NCBI GenBank assembly: GCA_963814585.1
Contig: CAWFDF010000012.1
Span: 352,001-416,000, forward strand
DNA: 64,000 bases
Direction of reading: 5' to 3'
Source of the DNA: an uncultured delta proteobacterium
GTDB taxonomy: Bacteria; Myxococcota; Myxococcia; Myxococcales; Anaeromyxobacteraceae
Below, in pieces: positions 8,843 to 19,272 of this stretch (the first letter of the stretch is position 1; the number at the start of each line of letters is the position of its first letter). The notes under the pieces are model-generated. The model was not told the DNA's origin and ran no database searches. It worked only from the letters and a program-made list of their open reading frames with translations. The position numbers were made by a program, and so were the translations under genes.

Positions 8843-9736
8843 TCAGGCGAGCAGGTCGCGCAGCGCCGGCTCCAGCTCCGGGAACTTGAACCGGTAGCCG
8901 AGCGCCTGCGCCCGGGCCGGCACCACCCGCTGGCTCGCCAGCAGCACCTCGGCCATCTCGCCGACGGCGAGCCGCAGCGCCGCGGCCGGCACCGGCAGCA
9001 GGTTGGGCCGCCGCAGCACCCTCGCCAGCGTCCGCGCCAGCTCGGCCTGCCGCACCGGCGCCGGGGCCACGGCGTTGATCGGGCCGATCGCCCGCGGGTC
9101 GTCGAGCGCCAGCAGCAGGAGGCCGAGCTCGTCGTCGAGGTGGATCCAGGGCTGCCAGGCCTGGCCGTCGCCGAGCGGGCCGCCGGCGAAGAGGCGGAAG
9201 GGGCGCGCCAGCGCCGGCAAGGCGCCGCCGTCTCGCGCCAGCACCAGCCCGGTCCTCACCAGCACCAGGCGCGCGCGCGCCGCCGCCGGGGCCGCCGCCG
9301 CCTCCCAGGCGGCGCTGAGATCGGCGAGGAAGCCGCGCCCGGACGCCGCGGCCTCGTCGAGCGGCTCGTCGCCGCGGTCGCCGTAGAAGCCGACCGCGCT
9401 CCCCTGCACCAGCACCCGGGGACCACCGGCGCCGAACGCCCCGGCCACCAGCCGGGTCGAGTCGAGCCGGGAGGCGACGATGCGCCCCTTGCGTTCCGCC
9501 GTCCAGCGGCCTCCGGCCACCGGCTCCCCGGCCAGGTGGACCACGGCGTCGGCGCCGGCCAGCGCCTCGGTCCAGGGCCCGGCGATCGCCGGGTCGCCCG
9601 CCACCAGCCGCACGCCGGACGGGAGCGCCACGCCCGGCCGCCGGGAGAGCGCCGTGACCGAGTCGCCGCGCTGGAGCAGCGCCCGGCAGAGCGAGCGCCC
9701 GATGAGCCCGGTCGCGCCGGTGACGAAGACGTGCAT
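8843..9736 (-). CDS. TIGR01777/YfcH-family NAD-dependent epimerase
   Basis: VTGATGLIG, HLAGEP...RWT, SAVGFYG, GPLGDGQAWQPWIH. Confidence 0.9.
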   Translation of the reverse strand: MHVFVTGATGLIGRSLCRALLQRGDSVTALSRRPGVALPSGVRLVAGDPAIAGPWTEALAGADAVVHLAGEPVAGGRWTAERKGRIVASRLDSTRLVAGAFGAGGPRVLVQGSAVGFYGDRGDEPLDEAAASGRGFLADLSAAWEAAAAPAAARARLVLVRTGLVLARDGGALPALARPFRLFAGGPLGDGQAWQPWIHLDDELGLLLLALDDPRAIGPINAVAPAPVRQAELARTLARVLRRPNLLPVPAAALRLAVGEMAEVLLASQRVVPARAQALGYRFKFPELEPALRDLLA

Positions 9737-9759
9737 GGCGCCTTGCTCCTCGCCGCCGC

Positions 9760-10515
9760 TCAGCGCCGCGGCGGCAACCCGTCCGGGAACTTCACCTCGG
9801 CCTCGCTCTTGCGGACGTAGTGCGGCTCCAGCGCCGCCAGGCCGGCCTGGTCGAAGGTGGCCCCACGCAGCGCGGCCGCGCAGAGGTGGCCGATGGCCGC
9901 GGCGCTGGGCACCCGGACGCCGGTGGCGAGCCGCGGCAACGCCTGGCCCAGCTCCGCCACGTAGGCCTCGTACCCCTCGCCGAAGCCGGCCGGCGACCGG
10001 CCGTTGGTGAGCGCCCGCACCGCCTCCAGCAGCGCCGCGGCCGGGAGCGCCGCGTCGGGCCGGACCGCGACCACCCCGGTCCCCTCGGCCCGGTAGAACC
10101 CGGCGTAGAGCTCGCCCTTCCTGGCGTCGAGCAGCGGCACCAGCAGCGCGCCGGAGGGCGCCTCGGGGGCGGCCGCCAGGGCCATCGAGGCCAGGCTGGA
10201 GGCGCCGGCGATGGGGCGCCGGTTGGCGTAGGCGAACCCCTTGAAGGTGGCCAGGCCGATGCGGAGGCCGGTGAAGGAGCCCGGACCGAGGCCGATGGCG
10301 TAGCCCTCGATGTCCGGGAGCTTCCGCTGGCTGGCGAGCAGCAGGTCGCCGATCACCGCCGGCAGCCGCGCGCTGTGGCCGATGGTCGAGCCGACCGCCG
10401 GGCGCAGCGGCTGGTGATCGGTCCGCTCCGACACCAGGGTGGGCTCGGCGTCGCCCAGCTCGAGCAGCGCGGCCGAGAGCGTGAGCGTGGCGGTGTCGAG
10501 CGCGGCGACGAGCAC
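9760..10515 (-). CDS. tsaB: tRNA threonylcarbamoyl adenosine modification protein
   Basis: ALDTAT, GPGSFTGLRIG, DARKGELY, LEPHYVR. Confidence 0.95.
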   Translation of the reverse strand: MLVAALDTATLTLSAALLELGDAEPTLVSERTDHQPLRPAVGSTIGHSARLPAVIGDLLLASQRKLPDIEGYAIGLGPGSFTGLRIGLATFKGFAYANRRPIAGASSLASMALAAAPEAPSGALLVPLLDARKGELYAGFYRAEGTGVVAVRPDAALPAAALLEAVRALTNGRSPAGFGEGYEAYVAELGQALPRLATGVRVPSAAAIGHLCAAALRGATFDQAGLAALEPHYVRKSEAEVKFPDGLPPRR

Positions 10516-10519
10516 GGGC

Positions 10520-12178
10520 CTAGCCCCAGATCCGGATGACGTCGTTGGCGAAGGCGAGGACCATGAGGGTGAGCAGCAGCGCCAGCCCGACCCAGTTGGC
10601 CGCCTCGCGGGCCCGCAGCGAGAGCCGCCTTCGCGTCGCCCCCTCGACCAGCGCGGTGACGATGTGCCCGCCGTCGAGCACCGGGATGGGCAGCAGGTTC
10701 ATCAACCCCAGGTTGACGCTGATGAGCGCCATCTGGAAGAGGTAGACCTTGATCCCCGCCTCGGCCGCCTCGCTGGCGATCTGGAAGAGCATGAGCGTGC
10801 CGCCGACGTTCTTGAAGCTGAGCTGCAGCGTGGCGATCTTGTAGATGCCCAGCACGGTGAGTCGGACCACCTCGGTGAGCTGCTCCGCCGCCACCCGGGA
10901 CAGCTCGCCAAGCCCGCGCCGCAGCGCCACCTCCTCGGCCACCAGCGCCCGGGTGTCGATGCCGGCCCGGTCCTCGAGGTGGAAGCCGATGACGGGCCGG
11001 CGCCGCGGCTCGCGCGTCACCTCGTCCTTGAACTGCTCCTCCCCCGGCACCAGCGTGACGGTGCGTCCGTCGCCGAGGCTGATGGCCACCGGCTTGCCCG
11101 GCTCGAACTCGCGGGCCACGGCGTTGAGATCGCGCCCGGCGCGGATGGGCTTGCCGTTGACCGACACCAGCCGCGCGCCGCGGGCCAGGCCGGCCGCCTG
11201 GGCGGGTGAGCCCTCGTCGACGCGGCTCACGTAGGCGGAGAGGCTCGGGTCGGCTGGCAGGATGGCGCGCTGCCCGCCGGCCGAGCAGGTCGGCACGCCG
11301 GCCAGCGCCACCGGCGCCCGCGCCTTGCCGAGGCCGCGCCGCACCTCCAGCTGCACCGGGGCGCAGGCGGCCGCGGCCAGCGCCGTCTCCAGGTCGCCGG
11401 CGTGGCGCACCTCGCGGCCGTTCACCCGCGTGATCAGGTCGAGCGGCTCGAGGGGCGAGGCCAGGCCCGGGGCCGGGGCGGCCAGCGCCGCGGCGAAGAC
11501 CGGCGTGACCCCGATGACGCCGATGGCGCGGGTCTCCACCGGGTTCACGTCCTCCTCCCGGGCCGGCGTGATCTCGAGCCGGAGCGGCGCCTCGCCGCGG
11601 CGGATCGAGAAGCCCAGGGGCACGCCCGGCCGGGGCGCCACCAGCTCGCGCAGGTCGGAGAAGTAGCGGACCGGCCGCGGCGCGCCGTCCGGCCCCTCCA
11701 CCGCCTCGACCCGATCGCCGGGGAGGAGCCCGGCCAAGGCCGCCGGCGAGCCGGGCGCCACGGTGCCGATGACCGGACCCGGCACCGGGGTGCCGTTCTG
11801 CGCCAGGCCGAGCGCGAGGTAGACCACGAAGGGGAAGATCAGGTTGGCGGCCGGCCCGGCGAAGGCGATGGCCAGCCGCTTCCACGGCGGCTGCTCCAGG
11901 AAGGTGCGCCCGGCGTCCTCGGGCGGGATGGGCTGGGCCGGATCCTCGCCCGCCATCTTGACGTAGCCGCCCAGCGGCAGCACCGAGAGCCGGTACTCAG
12001 TTTCACCCCACGTGAAGCCAGCCAGCCTGGCCCCGAAGCCGACCGAGAAGCGCAGCACCTTGACGCGGAGGAGCTTGGCGACCACGAAGTGGCCCAGCTC
12101 GTGGACGAAGATGAGCCCGGCCAGGAGCGCCACCACCGAGCCGGCCTTGAAGAGGTGATCCATCACGTCGGTCCCCAT
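10520..12178 (-). CDS. rseP: RIP metalloprotease with several PDZ domains
   Basis: HELGH, PLGGYVKM, AGPAAN, NLLPIPVLDGG. Confidence 0.96.
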   Translation of the reverse strand: MGTDVMDHLFKAGSVVALLAGLIFVHELGHFVVAKLLRVKVLRFSVGFGARLAGFTWGETEYRLSVLPLGGYVKMAGEDPAQPIPPEDAGRTFLEQPPWKRLAIAFAGPAANLIFPFVVYLALGLAQNGTPVPGPVIGTVAPGSPAALAGLLPGDRVEAVEGPDGAPRPVRYFSDLRELVAPRPGVPLGFSIRRGEAPLRLEITPAREEDVNPVETRAIGVIGVTPVFAAALAAPAPGLASPLEPLDLITRVNGREVRHAGDLETALAAAACAPVQLEVRRGLGKARAPVALAGVPTCSAGGQRAILPADPSLSAYVSRVDEGSPAQAAGLARGARLVSVNGKPIRAGRDLNAVAREFEPGKPVAISLGDGRTVTLVPGEEQFKDEVTREPRRRPVIGFHLEDRAGIDTRALVAEEVALRRGLGELSRVAAEQLTEVVRLTVLGIYKIATLQLSFKNVGGTLMLFQIASEAAEAGIKVYLFQMALISVNLGLMNLLPIPVLDGGHIVTALVEGATRRRLSLRAREAANWVGLALLLTLMVLAFANDVIRIWG

Positions 12179-12180
12179 CG

Positions 12181-13333
12181 TCAGGTGTTCTTAACGCGCC
12201 GCTCGGCCTCGCGCCGGCCCCAGTCGCTCGCCGCCAGCGCCTGGTCCACCGAGCCCAGCCGCTCGACGGCGTGCGCCTCCAGCACCTCGGCGCAGAGCCG
12301 CGCGATGTCGGTGAAGCGGCAGCGCCTGGTCAGGAAGGCCGCCACCGCCGCCTCGTCGGCGCCGGAGAGGACGGCCGGGGCGGTCCCGCCCAGCTCCAGG
12401 GCCCGGTAGGCGAGCCGGTAGGCCGGGAAGCGGACCGGATCGGGTGCCTCGAAGGAGAGCTGCCCCAGCCGGGCCAGGTCCAGCGGCGGCAGGTCGAGCG
12501 GCAGCCGGTCCGGGTGGCCCAGGGCGTAGCTGATGGGGCCGCGCATGTCGGAGATGCCCAGCTGGGCCACCACCGAGCCGTCGATGTACTCCACCATCGA
12601 GTGCACGATCGACTCCGGGTGGACGACGATGTCGATGCGGGCCGGCGTCGACGTCGAAGAGCCAGCGGGCCTCGATCACCTCCAGCCCCTTGTTCATCAG
12701 CGTCGCCGAGTCGACGGTGATCTTGTCGCCCATCGACCAGGTGGGGTGCTTGAGCGCCTGCTCCGGCGTCACCCCCGGCAGCTCGCCGGCCGCCACCCCG
12801 CGCAGCGGGCCGCCCGAGGCGGTGAGGAGGAGCCGGCGCACCTCGCCGTGGTTGTGCCCCAGCAGCGCCTGGTGGATGGCGGAGTGCTCGCTGTCGACCG
12901 GCAGGATGGCGCCGCCCCGCTCGGCGGCGAGGCGCATGACCAGCTCGCCGGCCAGCACCAGCGACTCCTTGTTGGCCAGCCCCACGTCCTTGCCGGCCTC
13001 GACCGCGGCGGCGGTGGAGCGCAGCCCGGCGCCCCCCGAGATGGCGGCCAGCACGAAGTCGACCTCGGGGTGGGTCGCCGCGGCCACCACGCCGTCGTCG
13101 CCGGCCCGCACCTCGATGCCCGGCGGGAGCAGGGTCCGGAGCGCCGCGGCGGCGGCCGGGTCGGCGGCGGCCACCAGCCTGGGGCGGAGGCGCAGCGCCT
13201 GCTCGGCCAGGCGCTCGACGTTGCGGCCGGCCGCCAGCGCCACCACCCGGAAGCGCTCCGGGAAGCGTGCCACCACGTCGAGCGCCTGCACGCCGACGGA
13301 GCCGGTGGAGCCGAGGATGGCGAGTCGGCGCAT
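12181..13333 (-). CDS. dxr: 1-deoxy-D-xylulose 5-phosphate reductoisomerase (apparent frameshift near 12640)
   Basis: LGSTGSVG, LANKESLV, PVDSEHSAI, DSATLMNKGLE; continues in another frame HPESIVHSMVEY...DMRGPI. Confidence 0.95.
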
Positions 13334-13367
13334 CGGGCCGGACCCTAGCACGCGGGCCGGGCGCGGC

Positions 13368-14198
13368 TCACGAGAGCCAGCGCACGAACAGGTAGACCCA
13401 CGGGACCACGAAGAGGAGCGCGTCGATGCGATCGAGCAGCCCGCCGTGGCCGGGGATGAGCTTGCCGGAGTCCTTGACCCCGGCCGACCGCTTCAGCAGG
13501 GACTCGGTGAAGTCGCCCAGCGGCCCGAGCACCGCCGCCCCGGCGCCGAGCAGGACGGCCAGCGACACCGGGAGCTCCGGCAGCATGGTGGAGCGGAGCA
13601 CCAGCGCCCCGGCCACGCTCCCCGCCGCGCCGCCGGCGAACCCCTCCCAGGTCTTCTTCGGGCTCACCTTCTCGTAGAGCCGGTGCTTGCCGAAGAGCAT
13701 CCCGGCGAAGTAGGCGAAGGTGTCGTTGGCCCAGGTGATGACGAAGGCCAGCACCACCCAGGCCGTGCCGCCCTGCACCCGCAGGCCGACCAGCATCGAG
13801 GCCAGCAGGCCGCAGTAGAGCCAGGCCAGCGCCACCCGCCCGGCCCGGCCCGGCACCTCGGCCTGCTCGACGTGGGTGAAGAGGAGGAGCCCGAGCAGCG
13901 CCAGCGTGGCGAAGGCCAGGGCCAGCGGCGCCCAGTCGGGGAGCAGCGTCTGTCCGCGGTGGAGCGCCGCCAGCAGCGGGATGGCGCCGGCGATGGCCAC
14001 GCCGTACCCCTCGGCCAGCCGGATGGGTCCGAACATGAGCAGCAGCTCCGCGGCGCACAGGCTGGCGGCCACCGCCACCAGCGCGGCGAATGGCCAGCCC
14101 CCGATCCAGGTGAGCCAGATGGCGACGGGGAGCAGCACCACCGCGGAGATGGCCCGCTCCAGCAGGTTGCGGCGGTTGCCGGGGTCGAAGGTCCTCAC
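13368..14198 (-). CDS. cdsA: Phosphatidate cytidylyltransferase
   Basis: SPKKTWEG, GDFTESLLKR, KDSGKLIPGHGGLLDRID. Confidence 0.96.
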   Translation of the reverse strand: MRTFDPGNRRNLLERAISAVVLLPVAIWLTWIGGWPFAALVAVAASLCAAELLLMFGPIRLAEGYGVAIAGAIPLLAALHRGQTLLPDWAPLALAFATLALLGLLLFTHVEQAEVPGRAGRVALAWLYCGLLASMLVGLRVQGGTAWVVLAFVITWANDTFAYFAGMLFGKHRLYEKVSPKKTWEGFAGGAAGSVAGALVLRSTMLPELPVSLAVLLGAGAAVLGPLGDFTESLLKRSAGVKDSGKLIPGHGGLLDRIDALLFVVPWVYLFVRWLS

Positions 14199-14953
14199 TC
14201 CCGCCCCCCCGAGGCCGCGACCTGGTCGCCGGTGAGGCCGAAGCGGCGCTGCCGCGCCTGGAAGTCCGCCACCGCCAGGAGCAGCTCGTGCTCGTCGAAG
14301 TCCGGCCAGTGGGTGTCGGTGAAGTAGAGCTCGGCGTAGGCGGCCTGCCAGAGCAGGAAGTTGGAGATGCGCCGCTCGCCGCTGGTGCGGATCAGCAGGT
14401 CCAGCCCGGGCAGGCCCCGCGTCCAGAGGCCGGCCTCCAGCGCCGCCTCGTCGATGGGGCCGCCGCGCGCCGCCGCGGCCCGCGCCGCCTGGACCAGCTC
14501 CTCCCGCCCGCCGTAGGAGAGCGCCAGCGTGAGGACCATGGCCCGCCCGCCGGCGGTGGCCTGGCGCACCGCCTCGAGGCGCTGGCGCACCCGCGCCGGC
14601 AGCCGATCGAGGTCGCCGATGGCGTCGAGCCGGATGCCGTTGTCCAGCAGCTCCTGCCGCTCCTTCTCCAGGAACTCGACCAGCAGCAGCATCAGCGCCT
14701 CGACCTCGCTGGCCGGGCGCGACCAGTTCTGCATCGAGAAGGCGTAGAGCGTGAGGGCCTCGAGGCCGAGCCGGCGGGCCGCGCGGGTCACCGAGCTGAC
14801 CGCGGCGGCCCCCTCGCGGTGGCCGGCCACCCGTGGCAGCCCGCGCCCCTGCGCCCAGCGCCCGTTGCCGTCCATGATGATGGCGACGTGGCGGGGCAGC
14901 GGCCGGGCCCGGACGCGCGCCTCCAACTCAGCGGTGTCGGAAGTTCCCGGCAC
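14195..14953 (-). CDS. uppS: Undecaprenyl diphosphate synthase
   Basis: HVAIIMDGNGRWA, YAFSMQNW, DLLIRTSGERRISNFLLWQ; GTG start inferred. Confidence 0.95.
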   Translation of the reverse strand: MPGTSDTAELEARVRARPLPRHVAIIMDGNGRWAQGRGLPRVAGHREGAAAVSSVTRAARRLGLEALTLYAFSMQNWSRPASEVEALMLLLVEFLEKERQELLDNGIRLDAIGDLDRLPARVRQRLEAVRQATAGGRAMVLTLALSYGGREELVQAARAAAARGGPIDEAALEAGLWTRGLPGLDLLIRTSGERRISNFLLWQAAYAELYFTDTHWPDFDEHELLLAVADFQARQRRFGLTGDQVAASGGRE

Positions 14954-15026
14954 GGGCGCTCTATAGCACGGGACCGACCGGACCGGGCCGTTTGACCAAT
15001 GGAGCGAGCCATTCCATGCTGCCCGG

Positions 15027-16100
15027 GTGGTCCCGCACTTCATCGGCCCGTGGGAGCTGCTCGCGGTCATCGGCCGGGGCGGCGTCGGCGTGGTCTACAA
15101 GACCGTCCACCGCGCCACGGGGAAGCCGGCGGCGCTCAAGCTGCTGGGCCCGGCGCCGCTGGTCGAGCCGCGGGCGGCGCGGCGGCTGGCGCGCGAGTTC
15201 GAGGTGCTCCGGCGGCTCGACCATCCCAGCGTGGTCCACGTCTACGAGGCTGGCGTCCACGAGGGCTACTCCTACCTGGCCATGGAGCTGGTGGAGGGGC
15301 TCGACCTCCGCGCCTTCCTCTCGCCGGTGCTCGACGAGCCGCGCGCCGTCAGCCCGCCCGGGGCCAGCGCCTCCCACGCCCCGGCCACCGCCGGCCCGGG
15401 AGCCTCCGGGGAGCTGGGGCCCGACGCCATGCGGGCGCTCGCCACCATGATGGAGGAGCCGGAGACCGCGCCCGACGGCATCCACCCGCCCCTCCCCGCC
15501 GGCCCCCACGGCGGGGCCCGGCCGCCGCCCCGCCCCCCGCTCTCGCCGGCGCTGGCCGCCGCGCTCAACCGGCCGCTCCGGATGCTGCGGCTCTCGGTGG
15601 CGCTGCGGCAGGTGCTGTCCGGGCTCGACTACATCCACCGCCACGAGCTGATCCACCGCGACCTGAAGCCCTCCAACATCATGGTGGACGACCACCGGAC
15701 CGCGCGGATCATGGACTTCGGCCTGGTCAAGTGCGACGACGGCGCCGAGCCGCTCACCGGCACCGGGCGGGTGGTCGGCACCTATCGCTACATGTCGCCG
15801 GAGCAGGCCCAGGGGCGGCTCATCGACCCGCGCAGCGATCTCTACAGCCTCGGCGTCATCCTCTACGAGCTGCTCAGCGCCGCCCCGCCCTTCACCGCGA
15901 GTGATCCGGCGGCGCTCTGGCAGCAGATCCTCCACGACCGGGCGCCGGCGCTGGCCACCCTCAACCCGGGCGTCGACCCGCTCCTGGCGGCGGTGGCCGA
16001 GCGCTGCCTCGCCAAGGACCCGGCGGCCCGGTTCGAGAGCGCGGCCGAGATCCTGGGCCTGCTGGGGCACCCGGACCACGACCACGGCGCGGGGCGCTGA
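15027..16100 (+). CDS. Hanks-type Ser/Thr protein kinase with Pro-rich insertion
   Basis: GRGGVGVVY, ALK, HRDLKPSN, DFG, GTYRYMSPE, DLYSLG. Confidence 0.93.
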   Translation: MVPHFIGPWELLAVIGRGGVGVVYKTVHRATGKPAALKLLGPAPLVEPRAARRLAREFEVLRRLDHPSVVHVYEAGVHEGYSYLAMELVEGLDLRAFLSPVLDEPRAVSPPGASASHAPATAGPGASGELGPDAMRALATMMEEPETAPDGIHPPLPAGPHGGARPPPRPPLSPALAAALNRPLRMLRLSVALRQVLSGLDYIHRHELIHRDLKPSNIMVDDHRTARIMDFGLVKCDDGAEPLTGTGRVVGTYRYMSPEQAQGRLIDPRSDLYSLGVILYELLSAAPPFTASDPAALWQQILHDRAPALATLNPGVDPLLAAVAERCLAKDPAARFESAAEILGLLGHPDHDHGAGR

Positions 16101-16105
16101 CCGGC

Positions 16106-16882
16106 GTGGACCTCCTGCTCTCCACCCTCTCCGGGCTGGCGGCGGGCCTCCTCTCCGGCGTCTTCGGCATCGGCGGCGGCGTGGTGCTGGTGCCCATGCT
16201 GGGGCTGGTGCTGGGGCTCGGGCAGCACGACGCCCAGGGGATGACGCTGGCCATCCTGCTGCTGCCGGTGGGGCTGGCCGCGGTGATCGAGTACCACCGG
16301 GCCGGCTACGTCCGCTGGCGGTTGGTGGCGCCGCTGGTGGCCGGCTTCCTGGGCGGGGTCTGGCTCGGCGCCGCGGCGGCGACGGCGGTGGCCGAGCGCC
16401 CGCTGCGGCTCGGCTTCGTGGCCTTCCTGGTGGCGCTGGCGGTGCGCAACTGGAGGTCGGCGGGGAGGGCGCGCGGGGCGGGTGGCGCGGTGGCGGAGCC
16501 GGCGGCGGCGGGCCGGATCCTGGCCCACGCCCTCTGGATCGGCGCGGCCGGCGGCCTGGCCTCCGGGCTGCTCGGGATCGGCGGCGCGGTGGTGATGATT
16601 CCGCTGCTGGTGGCGGCGCTCGGCCTCCGCCAGCACGAGGCGCAGGGGACCAGCCTGGCGGTGATGCTGCCGCCCGTCGGCCTGCCCGGGGTGCTGGTCT
16701 ACGCCAGGGCCCAGGGCGGCCTGCCGTGGCTGGTGATCGGCTGCGTGGCGGCCGGCTTCCTGATCGGGGGCGCGCTGGGCGCCCGGGTGGCGCGGCGGGT
16801 GGCGGGCCCGGCGCTGGTGCGTGGCTTCGCCGTCTTCCAGCTCACCGTGGCGGCGGCGCTGCTGGCCCGGGCGCTCGGGTAG
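16106..16882 (+). CDS. TauE/SafE-family membrane protein
   Basis: Duplicated GxxSGxxGIGGG motifs, AQG(M)TSL, ~8 TM. Confidence 0.88.
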   Translation: MDLLLSTLSGLAAGLLSGVFGIGGGVVLVPMLGLVLGLGQHDAQGMTLAILLLPVGLAAVIEYHRAGYVRWRLVAPLVAGFLGGVWLGAAAATAVAERPLRLGFVAFLVALAVRNWRSAGRARGAGGAVAEPAAAGRILAHALWIGAAGGLASGLLGIGGAVVMIPLLVAALGLRQHEAQGTSLAVMLPPVGLPGVLVYARAQGGLPWLVIGCVAAGFLIGGALGARVARRVAGPALVRGFAVFQLTVAAALLARALG

Positions 16883-19268
16883 GCGACATGCCCGCCGACC
16901 CCTCCGGCACCAGCCAGACGCGGAGCAGGGCATTCCAGTGGGCCTCGGTGAGCTGGTCGTTGGGCGTGACCCAGAGGTCGCGCGCGCCCCCCTCCAGCGC
17001 CGCCGCCAGGGTGGCGGCCAGCTCGTCGGACCCCATCGTCGTCCCGCCCGGCCCCCAGAGCCCCACCGACATGCTCCAGCGGCCGGCCGGGAGCGTGGCC
17101 GCCAGGCGCCGGGCCAGGTCGCCCGACGCCGCGACGGGCAGACCCTCCAGGGCGCGGTAGTTCCAGACCACCAGCCGGTCGGCGTGGCGCAGCAGGCGCG
17201 CGTAGTCGTGGCCGTGGTCGCGGCCGTCGCGTGCCAGGTCCTTCCAGCTGGCGGCCACGTCGACCCAGAGCTGCTTGCCGTGCCGGTGGGCGGCCTCGGC
17301 GCACCGCTGGACGAACCGCTCCATCAGCGCCGACTTCCACGCCCAGACCTCCGGGGACTCGACGTCGGGGCGGCCCCGCCCGTCACGGGGCCAGTCGGCC
17401 CTGCCGCTGGTGGCCCGGAAGGAGGCCAGGTCGGCCGGGCCGAACGAGGTCTGCCGGTAGGCCGCCTCGGTGAGGTCGATGGCGTCGACGGCCTGGGTCC
17501 TGGCGATCTCCTCGACCATCTGGACCACCAGCCCGCCGAACTCGCCGTCCGCCAGCTCGGCCAGGCCCACCTGCTCGGGGTGGGCCGTCCCGTCGGCCAG
17601 GATCGCGGCCGAACCCGGGTGGGTGGCGATCCAGGTGGGCGCGTAGAGATCGACGAAGGCGGCCACCTGGAAGCCGCGGGCGCGGAACTCCGCCGCGGCG
17701 GTGGCCAGCAGGTCCTCGGGCGAGCCCTTCTGGTGGTTCGACCAGCGCGCCTCCTGGCCCATCCAGCGGAAGTAGGCCCAGTCGGTGCGGCCGGCCTCCA
17801 CGCCGATCACCTGGCCGACGCCGACCAGCCACCGGTCCGTCACCCGGCGGATGGCGTCGTGCCAGTCGCCGTACGGGTTGAAGTGGGTGGAGAGCCCGAG
17901 CGCGAAGGCCGGCCGTGCCGCGCGGTCCCCGGCCCCGGGCACGGGGGCCATCACCACGACCGGAGCCGGGGCCGGGGCCGGCCGCAGCAGGAGCGCCACG
18001 CCCGCCACCGTGGCCACCAGGACCACCCACGCCACCACCGTGCCCCAGGGGCGACGCCCGGCCGCGGCCGCGCCCTCCAGGCGCCCCAGCTTCTCCCACT
18101 TCTCCTCGGCTCGGTTCATCTCTTTCCACCATGAGTACAGGACGACGGCGTTGAGGAAGTACGACACCGGCAGGATGAGGAGGCCAAACGGGAGGTAGGC
18201 GAGATCGCGCCACTCCCGGTCGAGCAGGATGCCGTAGACCGCCACCGCGAAGAAGAAGAAGAGCCCGAGCCAGGCCGCCAGCTCCCAGGGGCCCCGGAGC
18301 GCGATCCAGCCACGGGACAGCGCCAGCGGCAGCGCCAGGAGCAGCCCGGTCTGCAGGAGCGGCACCAGCGCCATGTTGGCGAAGTTGACCGGCAGGTAGA
18401 GCGAGAAGGGCCAGGCGTCGCGGGCGAGGAAGCGCCCGCGGTAGCGCCGGGCGATCTTGAGGTAGCTGCGCACCCAGCGGACGCGCTGGCGCCAGAGCCC
18501 GTCGAAGGTGGCCGGGCAGTCGGCCAGCACCATGGGCTCCGGATCGAAGACGATCCGCTTGCCGGCCAGCTGCAGCCGCCAGGTGAGCTCCAGGTCCTCG
18601 CCCCAGATCGGCTCGAAGCCGCCCACCTCGTCGAGCACGCGCCGGCGGATGGCGCCGAGGTTCCCGGAGATGATGGGCAGGCAGCCGATCACCGACAGGG
18701 CCCGGCGGACGTAGCCGGTGCCGATGTGGGTGGTGATCACCAGCAGCTTCTGCAGGGCGGTGGCGGCCCGGAGCGGCGCGTCGTTGCCGCAGACGGCGTC
18801 GATGGACGGATCGGCGAACCAGCGGACCAGCTGGGCCAGGGTGTCGCGGAGGAAGAGGCTGTCGGCGTCGGTGTAGACCACCACCTCGCCGGTGGCGGCG
18901 GCGATGCCGGCGTTGAGGGCCCGCGCCTTGCCGGCGTTGGCCTGCCGGACCAGCCGGATGCGGCCGGCGTCGGCCAGCCCCTGCACCCGATCGGCGGTGC
19001 CGTCGCGCGAGCCGTCGTCGACCACCACGACCTCGAGGTCGTGCCAGGCCGACTCCAGCAGGGTCTCGACGCTGGCCCGGATGGTGCGCGCCTCGTTGTA
19101 GGCGGGCACCACCACGGTCACCCGCCCCGTGAACGGCGGCAGGCGGCGCAGGGCCCGACGCTTCCACCACTCATAGGCGAGCGTGAGCGGGAAGTAGATC
19201 GCCCCCTGGAGTCCGAGGACGAAGACCGTCAGGCCGAAGGCCCAGAAGAGGGCGTGCAGGGCGCTCAT
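16842..19268 (-). CDS. Processive GT2 polysaccharide synthase (PgaC/IcaA-like) fused to C-terminal TIM-barrel glycoside-hydrolase-like domain
   Basis: PAYNE, DDGS, GKARALN, TDAD, GED, QRVRW; TM helices; ~330-aa C-terminal domain with GHL10/PgaB-C-like pattern. Confidence 0.82.
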   Translation of the reverse strand: MSALHALFWAFGLTVFVLGLQGAIYFPLTLAYEWWKRRALRRLPPFTGRVTVVVPAYNEARTIRASVETLLESAWHDLEVVVVDDGSRDGTADRVQGLADAGRIRLVRQANAGKARALNAGIAAATGEVVVYTDADSLFLRDTLAQLVRWFADPSIDAVCGNDAPLRAATALQKLLVITTHIGTGYVRRALSVIGCLPIISGNLGAIRRRVLDEVGGFEPIWGEDLELTWRLQLAGKRIVFDPEPMVLADCPATFDGLWRQRVRWVRSYLKIARRYRGRFLARDAWPFSLYLPVNFANMALVPLLQTGLLLALPLALSRGWIALRGPWELAAWLGLFFFFAVAVYGILLDREWRDLAYLPFGLLILPVSYFLNAVVLYSWWKEMNRAEEKWEKLGRLEGAAAAGRRPWGTVVAWVVLVATVAGVALLLRPAPAPAPVVVMAPVPGAGDRAARPAFALGLSTHFNPYGDWHDAIRRVTDRWLVGVGQVIGVEAGRTDWAYFRWMGQEARWSNHQKGSPEDLLATAAAEFRARGFQVAAFVDLYAPTWIATHPGSAAILADGTAHPEQVGLAELADGEFGGLVVQMVEEIARTQAVDAIDLTEAAYRQTSFGPADLASFRATSGRADWPRDGRGRPDVESPEVWAWKSALMERFVQRCAEAAHRHGKQLWVDVAASWKDLARDGRDHGHDYARLLRHADRLVVWNYRALEGLPVAASGDLARRLAATLPAGRWSMSVGLWGPGGTTMGSDELAATLAAALEGGARDLWVTPNDQLTEAHWNALLRVWLVPEGSAGMSPTRAPGPAAPPPR

Positions 19269-19272
19269 CGGG

